Below, one piece after another: positions 1 through 12,542 of a DNA stretch of 64,000 bases. The notes under the pieces are model-generated. The model was not told where the DNA came from. It searched no databases and saw only the letters and a list, made by a program, of their open reading frames with translations. The stretch comes from Octopus sinensis (taxonomy: Eukaryota), in assembly GCF_006345805.1 (NCBI RefSeq), contig NC_042997.1, forward strand, positions 198,710,001 to 198,774,000, in the 5' to 3' direction. The position numbers and the translations under genes are program-made. Position 1 is the first letter of the stretch; every line of letters starts with the position of its first letter.

Positions 1-559
1 ACAAACAATTATGAACAAACATGAAAAGTCCTGTTGGAAATTAGAGTATTTGGTATTATCTATCGATATACAGACAAATATTTCGAAAGCCAAGAATGAA
101 ATGAAAAAAAAGAAAAACATGATGTAACTTTCAGTTGCACGAAATAGTGAAAATGTTGGTATCTAATATCTGCGTTAAACATGACGATCATACCAAAAAC
201 GAAAAAAAAAAAAAATCTCGTTATATTTTCTTTTTTTTATTTCATTTTATTCATTTTTTTTGATTTGGCTTTATTTCTTTCTTTTCGATGTTTACCACGT
301 TTTATCTATTCATCTGGGCGATAACGACTTGCGAAATATGAAACCGATCTCAAAATTGAATAATATTGTTGATACCAAACAATATTATATTATCACACAA
401 ATACTAACGTGAGTGATTCTTAGTTCTTGTTGGAGGCGGAGGTTCGGCAGAATCAGTAGAGCGCCGGACGAAATACCCGTTTTTAGTTAAATTCTTCTAC
501 AATAACCATTTACGAGTTTACTTCACTCGTTTGTTTTCTTTTCCTTCTTAAATTGTTGA

Positions 560-910
560 TTAATTACAATATCTGCCAATTACGGGGTGTTAATTTAATC
601 AAGTACAGACTTAACAGTATTGCTTTCTGCCTAGTTACTGCAATCATCATTTCGAACACTTTTATGTTGCATGTCATAAAGTTAACGAAAAACCTAAGTC
701 TATTTCTGCAATGCATAGTTTTTCGATAAACTAGAATGAAGGAGATTAATGAATTCCACAAAATGGGGAAGAACATTTTTTGTTCATTGCATGAAACGAA
801 CTATAAAAACAGCTATTTACGTTGTTGTGCTGATGAATATAAGGTCCAAACGTAATCTCTGCTCCGTCCATACCTTGATTATCATATAACCAGAAATAAT
901 CAAGAAACTT
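560..910 (-). mobile_element. Possible highly decayed MULE/Mutator-like transposase C-terminal fragment
   Basis: Frameshifted minus-strand peptides KFLDYF...W...FHAMNKK...PILW resemble the FLDYF/FHxxxN/HPxxW order in MULE transposase C-termini; stops and frameshifts present. Confidence 0.3.
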
Positions 911-930
911 TTACGACAGATAAAGTTTGA

Positions 931-933
<3 letters not shown>

Positions 934-989
<56 letters not shown>
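934..989. repeat. (TA)n microsatellite
   Basis: Pure TA run. Confidence 0.95.
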
Positions 990-991
<2 letters not shown>

Positions 992-1654
992 TGAAATCGT
1001 TGATAAAAAATCTGCCCACGAGTTAAGATCTACTACTACCATGTTTTTATTGATGTAATTCACCTCTCTGTCTATATACCTACCCTCTTTGTAATGTTGA
1101 CAAATGGAATAAGTATAAAAATGAACATTGTCAATTTAATTTAAAAAAATTTCATATGTGGCTGAAGAGTGCTCTACATTTTAAAACTGATGTAATACTT
1201 ACATTAATTAAATGAAGTAGCATGAAACGATTGTACTACACTACCTTGGATATCCTTGTTGCTTATTTTGATTATGTATATATATATATTATAAAGAAAA
1301 TGGAGCGTTTGAATACAGTAAAGTCAATTTATTTACATAACTGTCGATTACATGAGGCCTACAATCATTTCAGTATCCAATTTCATTCATTTTACAATTG
1401 CATTATGAATTCAAATGGTAGAGATCTCTTCAAGGCTAAAATCGACATATTTCTTTACATTCTAATAGATGGTGTTCATTATAGACTAAGATAGCATCAT
1501 GCATTTTTGTGTGTGTGTAAGTATATTTGGCTTTAAGCTTAATCGCCTTATGTGTCTTCTTTCTCCATGTATGTGTCTGCGTCAGCTTATCTGTCTTTGC
1601 AATTTTATACCCAAAATAGTCAGATGTCAAGTTTGACCATAGCATTAACACTAG

Positions 1655-1689
<35 letters not shown>

Positions 1690-1693
<4 letters not shown>

Positions 1694-2447
1694 TTAGATA
1701 TGTTTCGACCAAAAATTGGTCCAGGCCATGTCTAACTTAATAGCACCACCTGATAGGATTATTCGAATCCTGTTTAAGGCAAGTTTTGTTCAAGTAGTGA
1801 GTTCTTGTTGGGTGAGTTGTATCAAGTTTTGTTCAAGAAGTGAGTTCTTGTTCGGTGAGTTGTATCCAATTATGGGTGGCTTATCTGGTATTCTTTTAAG
1901 GAATCTATCCAGACTCCGTTTAAAGTTGATAGGATCCTTTTCCTCTTTGATCTCCCTTGGGACAATGTTAAATAGGGCAGGGCCTGTTGAGGAAAAGAAA
2001 TTATGTTGCAGTGTACATGTATGTTGTGATCTTGAATTGGGCAGGGGATATATGGCCCGTGGTCCCAGTCTTGGATGAACCTTGAAGCTAATGTTAAGGT
2101 CGTTTGGGCAAAGTTGGCCGTATATTCTCAACATCGTACAAATGATGTACCGCTCACGGCGACGCTGGACGGAGTAAAGTTTCAAGGCTTTAAGGCGATC
2201 CCAATAATCGAGAGCAGCCATGCCTTCAATTCGTTTAGTGAGTGCCCTCTGGGGTGACTCAATTCTGGAGATGTTTTGTCTTGTATGGGGAGACCACAAT
2301 GGGCAGCAGTATTCAAGGTGTGGCCGTACAAAGGAGGAGAAAAGTGGTATGATGACACCTTGTTCTCTGGACCGGAAAGTTCTTAAGATCCAGGAACTCA
2401 TCCTACGCGCTATATCGACCTTCTTGTTGATGTGTGCACTCCAACTG
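1690..2447 (-). mobile_element. 5'-truncated CR1-type LINE (RT C-terminus + 3'UTR), copy 1
   Basis: ORF 1790-2515 has RPHLEYCCPLWSP...IESPQRALTKRI...YWDRLKALKLYSVQRRRER, typical of CR1-group RT C-termini; highly similar to copy at 26.1-27.0 kb; both ends abut (TA)n. Confidence 0.9.
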
Positions 2448-2489
2448 AGATATATATATATATATATATGTGTGCGTGTGTGTGTGTGT

Positions 2490-2671
2490 GTATAGTTCAA
2501 ATTTAAAGAAAACAAAAGACGAAAACAGGTGTAGGAATAACAAGAAGGTGTATTATTTTAATGCTCGGGAAAAATGGAAGTCTCTTACGTTTCGAGTTGA
2601 CGCTCTTCGACAGAAAGGAATAAGAGAAAATAAACTGAGAGAGAATGAAAAGACGGAGAGAGAGAGAGCAA
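2490..2671 (-). mobile_element. Penelope-associated non-autonomous repeat with degenerate hammerhead motif
   Basis: Minus strand reads CTGTCGA-A-GAG(CGTCAA)CTC-GAAACGTA, similar to the hammerhead at 63856-63888; truncated by the gap. Confidence 0.5.
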
Positions 2672-2771
2672 NNNNNNNNNNNNNNNNNNNNNNNNNNNNN
2701 NNNNNNNNNNNNNNNNNNNNNNNNNNNNNNNNNNNNNNNNNNNNNNNNNNNNNNNNNNNNNNNNNNNNNNN
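2672..2771. other. Assembly gap (100 N)
   Basis: Run of 100 N. Confidence 1.
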
Positions 2772-2920
2772 GCACTGCCAGGCCAGGGATCTCTGGAAGT
2801 TGTCCATGGCCCTGGCCCGAAAGTCGTCCCGAACAGGCGGGTCAGGTACTCTCGTCGACGTCCAGGTTCGCCCCACGAGCTCGTCGTCGTACCTCCCCTC
2901 CACTAAACCCCTATAGAATG
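2772..2920 (-). mobile_element. Tx1/L1-type LINE fragment (region near the zf-RVT domain)
   Basis: GC-rich; frameshifted translation FYRGLVEGRYDDEL...MDNFQRSLAWQC resembles the LAW-x-C segment of Tx1/L1 ORF2; cut by the gap. Confidence 0.55.
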
Positions 2921-2940
2921 CTTTGGTTGTGTTGAAGTCA

Positions 2941-2963
2941 TAGATGTATAGATAGATAGATGT

Positions 2964-3020
<57 letters not shown>

Positions 3021-3030
3021 CAGACAGATA
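2941..3030. repeat. (GATA)n microsatellite
   Basis: Tandem GATA/GACA. Confidence 0.95.
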
Positions 3031-3035
3031 TATAC

Positions 3036-3256
3036 TTTTTTACCCTTTTACTTATTTATTTACTCTTTTACTTATTTCAGTCATTTGACAATGGCCATGC
3101 TGGAGCACCGCCTTTAGGTGAGCAAATCAGCCCCAGGACTTATTCTTTGTAAACCTAGTACTTATTCTATCAGCCTCTTTTGCCGAACAACTAAGTTACG
3201 AGGACGTAAACACACCAGTATCGGTTGCCAAGCGATGTTGGGGGCCAAACACAGAT

Positions 3257-3289
<33 letters not shown>

Positions 3290-3451
3290 CGAGGGGCTTC
3301 TTTCAGTTTCTGTCTACCAAATCCACTCACAAGGCTTTGGTCGGCCCGGGGCTATAGTTGAAGACACTTGCCCAAGGTTCCATGCAGCGGGACTGAACCC
3401 GGAAGCCATGTGGCTGGTAGGCAAGCTACTTACCACAGCCATTCCTACGCC
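3036..3451 (-). mobile_element. tRNA-derived SINE, group A
   Basis: ~410-bp repeat with tRNA-like head, internal (TA)n(TG)n and AAAAGAGT tail; about 9 copies in the window. Confidence 0.9.
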
Positions 3452-3873
3452 TTTTTTTTTCAGAACAGTACGAGTACAATTACTTTCAAATTTTCTCTCC
3501 TCTTTCTGAAAAGAAAGAACTACTTGTAACACACACACATACAGATATATGCATATACATATAGAGTTTCTCTTGCGTATTTACATGAGTATATGACACA
3601 CATATAGGCAGACACAGGCAATCACACATGTATCCATGCATATATACATTCACCATACATGCGCATACTTTCAATAACATGTAGATTTTATAAATCTCAT
3701 TAGCATTTTATGGCGTACATGGTTGCTCTAAATATTTGAAAATAATTAAATGATTAGTTTATGTATTGGCCAAGAATTTATCGTTTAGATTCATTTAAAA
3801 CTACAACATAAAGGGGATTACAAAAACACCCTGTTTTACAAGATATTTTCCAATAGGAAAATATCATAAGTTA

Positions 3874-4029
3874 ATTCTGTTGTGTCTGGGGAGAGTCATT
3901 TTCTTTTTGTGCCTTATAATGTAACACACTCACCGGTAAAATTTCCACCTTTTTCTTATTTTCCTAAAAATTTTCGTTGCGTCTTGCAACCTTTTCAATA
4001 GTCTTGACTCTCCCCAGACACAATAGAAT
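3874..4029. repeat. Inverted-repeat element (25-bp arms) with internal hammerhead-like remnant
   Basis: 3874-3898 ATTCTGTTGTGTCTGGGGAGAGTCA is the reverse complement of 4005-4029 with 1 mismatch; the minus strand inside reads TTGAAAA-G-GTTGC(AAGAC)GCAAC-GAAA. Confidence 0.7.
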
Positions 4030-4708
4030 ATGCTTCAACACACGAACTCATATAAAGAATCTTGCAAACCAAATCCAAAAACAAAACCGTAAGTTAATTT
4101 CAGCCAATAATGTAGAGATACATAATAAGTATATATGTGTGTGTCTACATATTACTCAGGTTTTTTAAATGGGATTAAATTATAATCAAAGTATGTAGAA
4201 CTGATCGTGTCAGAAAGAATACAGCATTTCCAGTTGTTTCTTTTATCTTTCATCTGTCTCAGTCATAAGAGTGCGGCCATACTAGAGTACCACCTCAAGA
4301 GCTTTTAGTTGAATGATTCGACCCCAATACTTATTATTTTAAGCCTAATACTTATTCTATTCGATACTTTTCGCTGAACTGCTAAGCCACAGGGACGTAA
4401 ACAAACCAACACTTGTAGAGAACAAATACAGGCGCATCATACACGCATACATACTAACATACACACATATCTATCTATCTTCTCTCTATCTCTCTCTCTG
4501 TCTCACTCTCTCTCTCTCACTCTCCTCTCTCTCTCTCTCTCTCATATCAGTTCGATTTGGATTTCCTTATAACCAACCTTGACGACGCAAGCCTTGCCCT
4601 GGACAAAGAATTCCGAGTTTCATCTTAATCCTTTTGAGGATCCTTATATGTTTTCTATATTGAGCATACTCAACTCTCAGCTACTGTCTGCCTGTACATA
4701 CAGGCATG

Positions 4709-4798
4709 CATACATACATACATACATACATACATACATACATACATACATACATACATACATACATACATACATACATACATACATACATTACATAC
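4709..4798. repeat. (CATA)n microsatellite
   Basis: Tandem CATA. Confidence 0.95.
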
Positions 4799-4967
4799 GT
4801 ACAAGCACATTCATACAACTACATACACAAGAAAAGAAAAACGAGAAGAACTGAACGGTATCTAATAAATTTCATTAAATTTATCGTGACTAAAATCTCA
4901 AATTGTTTTAATTTTGCCGTTTTGTCATAATAATGCTTAAAAACAAAGTGAGGTGTAAAAGTAAAAT

Positions 4968-5290
4968 GGCGCTCCGTCGGTTACGAAGACGGGGGTTCCA
5001 GCTGATACAATCAACGGACCAGCTTGATTATGAAATTAACGTGTAAGTGGCCGAGCACTCCACAGACACACATACTCTTAACGTAGTTCTCAGGGAAATT
5101 CAACGTGATACAGAATGCGACAAGGCTGGCCCTTTGAAATACAGGTACTATTCAATTTAGGCAGCTGAAGTACATTGTAGGAATCTCAGATAAAGTGTCT
5201 TGGTCTAGGACACAATGCACCACCAGGAATCGAAACCACGGTCATAGGATCGTGGGCCGAATTATCTAATGACAAAACCACTCGCCCACA
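4968..5290 (-). mobile_element. tRNA-derived SINE, group C (diverged)
   Basis: Shares its 3' module with 31699-31880 and 61019-61150; tRNA-like head at the right end. Confidence 0.8.
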
Positions 5291-7828
5291 CCGAGGGGAT
5301 TGTACAAACACATATATTGATGTACGTGAAATGAAATGAAGACTAAGCGCTCGGTGATACATTTGACCCTTCCATAAGTATTATCTCTGAATGAAGCCAT
5401 ACATAGTTTTGAAAAATATAAACAAATATTCTTCATTCAACGAGCAATGAATCTGAAGACGATAGTTATACTTTCATCCTATCTCTTGAAACATGCTTTA
5501 ATTGTAGATGCATATTCATGCCTCAGTTGAACGACGAATAACAGAGAGGTGAGCAATAGAGGAACAGATTCTAAGGCATCGTTTTAATTTCCGGTTGAAG
5601 CCATTTCATTTATCCTAAAATTTATATTAGAAATCTATGAACATCTCTTACGCACTGACGTAGGAAATACATACTTCCACATTCACTGATGATGTTACCA
5701 TAGATTTACTTTAGCGACATTTGATTCTTAGAGTCTACTCTTCTTAAGTGTCATTGATGAAGTATGTTATCGGTGAACGTATATCATGTCAAATCTCACT
5801 TTCATACGATGTGAAGGTATTCTGTTTCATTGGTCATGATAATCAATCGCTGAATAACGTCAATGTAAAGTAGACCAGTATTTACTCATGGTCACGTCTA
5901 CAAACAATGATCAATTTACTCCATGCTGATGTTAAATAATAGCAGAAAAATCTCTTAACAGGTCGTCAGGCATGAATAGTATCACATAAATATTATGTTT
6001 CTTTTCAAACAAAAACATTTTCCTGCTTCATTTCTTATCAACTGGCAAGGTACGAACATGTTGTTAGTGTTGTTGTTGTTGTTGCTGCTGCAGTTGTTTG
6101 TGTTATTTTTGCAGACCATATTAAACGAACAAAGATTGCCATTCCCATCTCGCTTCATTATCGCAACTAACGTATTACAGAAAAAAACATTTCTCCACAA
6201 ATTCTCCTCGTATCTGTCTTTCCTTAAAATAATATTTGTATTGCTGCCTATGTAAGAAATAATCATAATTAATTTCAATATTTTCCACGAGGTTTAGAAA
6301 ACGCGAAACAACAAACTAAACAACGCACAGCTATTATGAAACAACACGAACAGAAACTATTATAATTAACGTGAATAAAATTAATGAGAAAAATAAACCT
6401 AAAAACTATGAGATTTGGAAGAAGATCAGTTTACCCGTGGAAAACTGGTTTCAAGGTAAAATGCAGTTTTGCAAATAATCTCATCATTAAGAAAGAATTT
6501 ACATATAGTTAAGTGCAGGGAAACACTTTAATTAAATTTTTGTTTTAATTATAGAATTCTGAAATTTCCTTCCAGTTATTTACAGCGTTTCGATAACTGG
6601 CACATTTTCAAATATTTTGAGGATCGACATAAGAATGTTTTTATCCAAACTTATAAGCTCGTCTTCATTTTCGCATCTTACTTTCGCTACACAAATCGGA
6701 CGCCCAACCATTGTTTACATTTTAATTTAAATATAGTTTTATATCATGCGAATATACAATATATTTGTATAGACGTGCATGAAATCATTTGAAACAAGTA
6801 ATAATTGTATCTGGTGTATTTATTTAGTATTTTGTATGAGGGGGTTCCGTTTCAACACCGTATACCACAACACTCGTCAACATATTCCATCTAGTTACGC
6901 AAGCTACAGGTAAGTTGCTCTACACTTGGTCTTAATTGAGGAGGAAAGGAATTCTAGAGTAACGCCTCGCTTAAAACGCATGCAAAACAAGCCTCATAAA
7001 AGTTCGCAGTTTGGCATTTATTCACCCGAATATCTTTTGAAATGACTTCTGGATCTAAACTGAGTACTGAAGGAAAATGAAAATAAGTATTATCGACAAT
7101 GTAGATTAAAACACAAATTCCTAAAGATTTTTAGGACATTGATTTTATTAAGAATCTAAACTGAGATATTTTCATTGATTTTAATATTTACTATAATGGT
7201 GCACTAAAAATAGATTTGATTTTATATTATTTTTTCAATTTATTTTATTTTTCAGAATGATTTTCTTATTGCGGACTATTTACATAGAATCGAGAACTAA
7301 AACCTAAAGACTGAAAAGCGCTTATCTACATTGCTTCGAGTATATGTAGTACTTGTGAAAGAAAACTATTTGAACAACTTTCACTTCACTGCGGTAGGCG
7401 CCATTTCGTGATATTAAAATCTCGAACATTCGACAGCAATTCCAGCAAGCAGCACCCGTGGAAATCCCACAGAAGTTTATTTTTTTTTCTTACATATTTA
7501 TTTCTTGATATGATTTAAAAGCTCACTGAGATAATATTTGAAGCAAGCGTCTTTGAAAGTTATACACATGCCATAGACTCTACCTTGATTTTTCTTTTAA
7601 TCTAAAATCTTTTACATGACGTCAACAAGTAAATAATATTAACTTCGGAACAGCATCGAAAATAAAAATTAACAATAATATCATTTTATGACTGTACGAC
7701 GACACGGGTAAAGCTTTAACAAATCTTAATACGCTGCACTACAATCTTATTTTCATATCAGAATAGTTCTTATGGTCGAACGGGAATTCACAGTCGGACG
7801 GAATGATACTTCCACGCTGAGCAGTAGA

Positions 7829-8009
7829 TTCTTTTCTACTCTAGGCAAGGGAGGGTGGGGGCCAGTCGATTAGATCGCCCCCAGTACGCGACTGGTACTA
7901 AATTTATCGATCCCGAAAGGATGAAAAGCAAAGTCGACCTCGGCGGAATTTGAACTCAGAACATAAAGATGCACAAAATACCTATTTCTTTACTATCCAC
8001 AAGGGGCTA

Positions 8010-8010
<1 letters not shown>
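7829..8010 (-). mobile_element. SINE group B fragment
   Basis: Core CCCGAAAGGATGAAA.GCAAAGTCGACCTCGGCGGAATTTGAACTC shared with many copies. Confidence 0.85.
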
Positions 8011-8045
<35 letters not shown>

Positions 8046-8120
8046 CGGAGTAAGCACATGAATATGAAGCAAGGTGGAAAAAAGAGTACTCAAATACCAG
8101 AGGTAGAGTAATATGCTTTA

Positions 8121-8268
8121 TTTAAAAGCAGTAGAAATATAACAAAAGCTGTTACTCGGAGTCTCACGTTCGCGTTCATCGAACAGTTTTGTTTAAAAAA
8201 AACTGTCCGACGAACACGGGAACGTGAAACTGAGTAACAGCTTTTGTTATATTTCTGCTGCTTTTAAA
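8121..8268. repeat. ~70-bp-arm palindrome, Penelope-like inverted terminal remnant
   Basis: 8121-8190 is an imperfect reverse complement of 8200-8268 with a ~10-nt spacer; arm contains CCGACGA...GAAAC hammerhead-like core. Confidence 0.7.
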
Positions 8269-8513
8269 AACAGTATATATATATATTTCAACTTTTTCCT
8301 TTTTCGTCTCTAGGCTTTTTATTTATTCTTCACTCAGACGAAGCTCCATGTTTCGGATTGGATTTATTACCAAATATGATAAATATTTTAGCATATTAAT
8401 GGCAATACCGTACAACATTGGGAGCAGAAACAGTTGTTTGACAGGATACAGTCTATTTCTATTGAATTAATAAATAATTGATGAAGGTCAATTGTAGTTC
8501 ATCGATATTTCTC

Positions 8514-9015
8514 CAGGGGTTGGACAAAAATAACAGAAACACCTAGCATCATAACATCGTAATTTTGAAATATCTATAAAACCGTCAAAAGCTTGTTTAT
8601 CTTTATGTTTATTTATTTATTTATTTATTATTAGTGTTGCTTAATATGTTTTTCTAAAATTGCTGTTTCTTTTCAGATATCATCAGAAAAAGTTAATTAA
8701 AATTCATTAAAATGACAGATCTATCGAACTTTCAAAGAGGTCAAATTGCTGGTGCTCATTTGTCAGGCGCTAGTGAAACGAAAACAGCCGAAATGTTTGG
8801 TGTATCAAGAAGTACTGTCTCGAAGGTAATGACAGCCTTTGAGAAAGAGGGAAAAGTCTCCTCATCGAAACAAAACTCCGGAAGGAGACCAAAACTTTCA
8901 GATAGGGATCGTCGGACTTTATGCGAATTGTTAGAAAGGATCACAAAAAAGCAGTTCCCAAAATTACTGGAGGGCTTAATGGCCACCTCGAGAACTCAGT
9001 TACAACAAAAAATTT
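8514..9015 (+). mobile_element. Tc1-family transposon, left end (TIR + transposase HTH domain, frameshifted)
   Basis: TIR-like CAGGGGTTGGACAAAAT; ORF 8712 MTDLSNFQRGQIAGA...GVSRSTVSKV...SGRRPKLSDRDRRTL (Tc1 paired-like HTH and GRPR-like linker), continuing in a second frame (RIVRKDHK...). Confidence 0.9.
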
Positions 9016-9236
9016 CACGAAATGGCAATGTGAAAATCACAAAATAATTAACAAGGCTACCAGCAATTTAAAACCATCAAGAAATTACTCACCGTCACTA
9101 CAAGTGACAAGCGTGCACTGAGCACCAGCAGTGCTAGAGATAGAAGTCGTAGACTCTTTAACCATAAAATACGAATAATATAATAACCCAAATACAATAT
9201 ATGTTGTATGCCTAACAGATTGTCTTCGATTTCGTA

Positions 9237-9630
9237 GGCGCAGGAGTGGCTGTGTGGTAAGTAGCTTGTTTACCAACCATATGGTTCCGGGTTCAGTCCC
9301 ACTGCGTGGCACCTTGAGCAAGTGTCTTCTACTATAGCCTCGGGCCGACCAAAACCTTGTGAGTGGATTTGGTAGACGGAAACTAAAAGAAGCCCGTCGT
9401 ATATATGTATGTATATATATATGCGTGTGTGTGTTTGTGTCTGTCCCCCTAGCATTGCTTGACAACCGATGCTGGTGTGTTTACGTCCCCGTTACTTAGC
9501 GGTTCGGCAAAAGAGACCGATAGAATAAGTACTGGGCTTACAAAAGAATAAGTCCAGGGGTCGAGTTGCTCGATTAAAGGCGGTGCTCCAGCATGGCCGC
9601 AGTCAAATGACTGAAACAAGTAAAAGAGTA
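9237..9630 (+). mobile_element. SINE group A, full length
   Basis: Head GGCGCAGGAGTGGCTGTGTGGTAAG...GGTTCAGTCCC (A/B-box-like), complete body and tail. Confidence 0.92.
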
Positions 9631-9860
9631 TAGTTTGTCAGTTAGTTGCTTTTACGAACAATATAAATTTTGCGTGTTCGATTTTCTTTCCAAGGTGACA
9701 ACGTTACATATATACAAAGCGAAGTAGAATATTCTAGATAAACAAATATGAAATGCTCACGTTAGTTTCCTAATGGGCACGAGTTAACTGATTGGCAATT
9801 TTAAAAGAACAAAAACACCTTATAGAAAACAACAAAAAATGATACACTCCCTGTTCTTAC

Positions 9861-9912
9861 CGCCATCGCAATCTCCGATAACCAATATCCCTAGAGATAA
9901 CACCTCCGCCAT
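9861..9912 (-). CDS. Candidate first coding exon of a Ras-superfamily small GTPase (P-loop start MAEVLSLGILVIGDCDG/G)
   Basis: Strong start context caaaATGG; hydrophobic strand + GDxxxG P-loop pattern; phase-1 donor G|GTAAGA at 9860; upstream acceptor tacag at 9923-9927. Next exon not found in the window. Confidence 0.5.
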
Positions 9913-10189
9913 TTTGAGTTCTCTGTATATCATACAAGTGTGTGTATGTATGTGCATGTAAATATATATAAGCAAATAAGGCGATGAGCTGCCTGAATCG
10001 TTAGCACGACGGAGATAATGCTTAGCGGCATTTCGTCCGTCTTTACGTTCGATAAAATAACTACTAGGGAACACGAGGATCGATGTAATTAGTTACCCGC
10101 TCCCAGGAAATTTCTGGCATTTTGCCAAAATTCCAAATCTATATAATCTACTTAAATAGCATTTCTTTTCTCCCTACCTCTCAGTGTTT

Positions 10190-10455
10190 TCCTCTCTCTC
10201 TCTCTCTCTCTCTCTTTGCCTCGCCCTTCAAATAACCATTTAAGTGTAAAATATAAGAACATTCTTTTCTCCAGCCTTTCACCGAAACTGCATTTCTTTC
10301 TTTCTCTCTCTCTCTCTGTTTCTCTCTTTCCTTCTCTCTTTATTTCTCTTTATTTCTTTCTCTTTTTCTCTTCCTTTCTTTCTCTCTTCCTTAATTTCTC
10401 CCTTTCATTCACCCTCTCTTTCTCTCTCTCTCTCACTTTCTGTTTTTCTCTCTCT
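10190..10455. repeat. (CT)n / pyrimidine-rich low complexity
   Basis: CT/CTTT runs. Confidence 0.85.
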
Positions 10456-11090
10456 GACCCTGTCTCTTCAAATAACCATTTCACCACATAACCTTCATAG
10501 GCACATAAGCAACATGATATAGATCAAGAATGGAAAAAGGATCGCAGGATCGAACCCTAATTGCTAAACTTCATTTAGTACCGGGAATGAAAAGAAAATT
10601 TCTTCAAGCAGCCACCAAATACACTCGAAGAAATTATCAACGCCTACTGTCTTCAGAGATAACAACAGTTTATAGCACACTTAAAAGATACACAAACTAA
10701 GAAATAACATATAATTCATCGAAATAAATTACCAGACTATTCAGATGAGAGAATATATCATGTTTATTTTCGTTTACATTGATGATGAACAATGAGGTGG
10801 GAAGATATCATGTCTGTGTCAACACCACAACAAAGTAAGAAAACAAGTTGTACAACAGGAAGAAAAAGATCTTTCAAAACTTCCGATAAAACGACAAGTG
10901 CTAACAAATAATATAAGCGCTTAACTTAAAACAACAGTATTAAAGTAACCGATATCGCCGAGGTTATGTAAATTGAATATATTAGACGTTCGATACATAG
11001 ATACATCCGAATGAAGGAGACGTGGATCTAGGTAAGAAACCGGCTCTTTTTCTATTGACAGGAAATCTTGAAATAAAATTGAATAATGTA

Positions 11091-11481
11091 GGCGTAGGGG
11101 TGGCTGTGTGGTAAATATCTTGCTTACCAACTACATGGTTCCGGGTTCAGTCCCACTGCGTGGCACCTTGGACAAGTATCTTGTACTATAGCCTCGGGTC
11201 GGCCAAAGCCTTGTGAGTGGATTTGGTAGACGGAAACTGAAAGAAGCCCGTCGTGTGTGTGTGTGTATATATATATATATGTATGTGTGTGATTGTGTGT
11301 CCGTGCTCCCCCCCCCCCCCAACATCACTTGACCACCGATGCTGGTGTGTTTACATCCCCGTAACTTAGTGGTTCGGCAAAAGAGACCGATTGAATAAGT
11401 ACTAGACTTACAAAGAATAAGTTCTGGGGTCGATTTGCTCGACAAAAAGCGGTGCTCTAGCATGGCCACAGTCAAGTGACT
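11091..11481 (+). mobile_element. SINE group A
   Basis: Same head and body as 9237-9630. Confidence 0.9.
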
Positions 11482-11559
11482 GCATGCATGCATGCATGCA
11501 TGCATGCGCGCGCACACACACACACACACACCACACACACAACAATACAATATAATACA

Positions 11560-12498
11560 CGAAGCGACAAGTCGCGTATTTGGTGCGGGAGAATATTTAT
11601 CGAAAATACGATGACTACTATCACCAACTTTGGAGTCACAACTATCAACCTTCTTAAATTACTGGTTAATCTTCAGATGAATTAATTGAGGGAGCCTTCT
11701 ATTCACGATCGTAGTGATTTTCGATTGAAACTTGAATTTAGCCTGCAGAGAGTTACTACAAGCAACATGGCAGGACACAACATTCACAACAACACAGTCG
11801 AAGAACAGAACGAAAACAACAGCTCAAACAGGTGAACAAATTCTTTCCAGCTGTAATTATAGAAGAAACCGTAACTACAAAACTCATTTCTCTTGGAGTT
11901 ATGAATTAAATAATGATCTGTTTAACTGCTACGTAAAAGCGAAACAAAACCACGCTGTTGGCTATATGAATCGATTGAAATCATATTGGGACGATCTGCA
12001 TCCAGAATTAAATCATTTTCTGCGAAGCAACGACGCCAACAAGCAGCATTTCTAGAATATAGAAAGAAGGTTAGTAACTGTAATTTTATTAAAAAAACGA
12101 AAATTAACCTTCTTTCCAACTCAATAAACAAAAACGAAACCGTGAATGATATAAGACCATCACGTAGTTTCGCAGTCAGCGACATTCCAACAGATTCCAT
12201 AGTGCCTGCCAGTCAAACTACATTACTGGCTCTAGTAACTAACCTATTTCTTTACTACCCACAAGGGGCTAAACACAGGGAGGACAAACAAGGACAGACA
12301 AACGGATTAAGTCGATTATATCGACCACAGTGCGTAACTGGTACTTATTTAATCGACCCCGAAAAGATGAAAGGCAAAGTCGACCTCGGTGGAATTTGAA
12401 CTCAGAACGTAACGGCAGACGAAATACCGCTCAAGTAACTAACCATTGTCCCCCTACTACGACTATGGTAAATAGCGGGCAGAACCGCAACGATTGAT

Positions 12499-12542
<44 letters not shown>

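Noticed and set aside
2470-2935. ORFs spanning the N run
   Set aside because: Artefacts of translating through the assembly gap.
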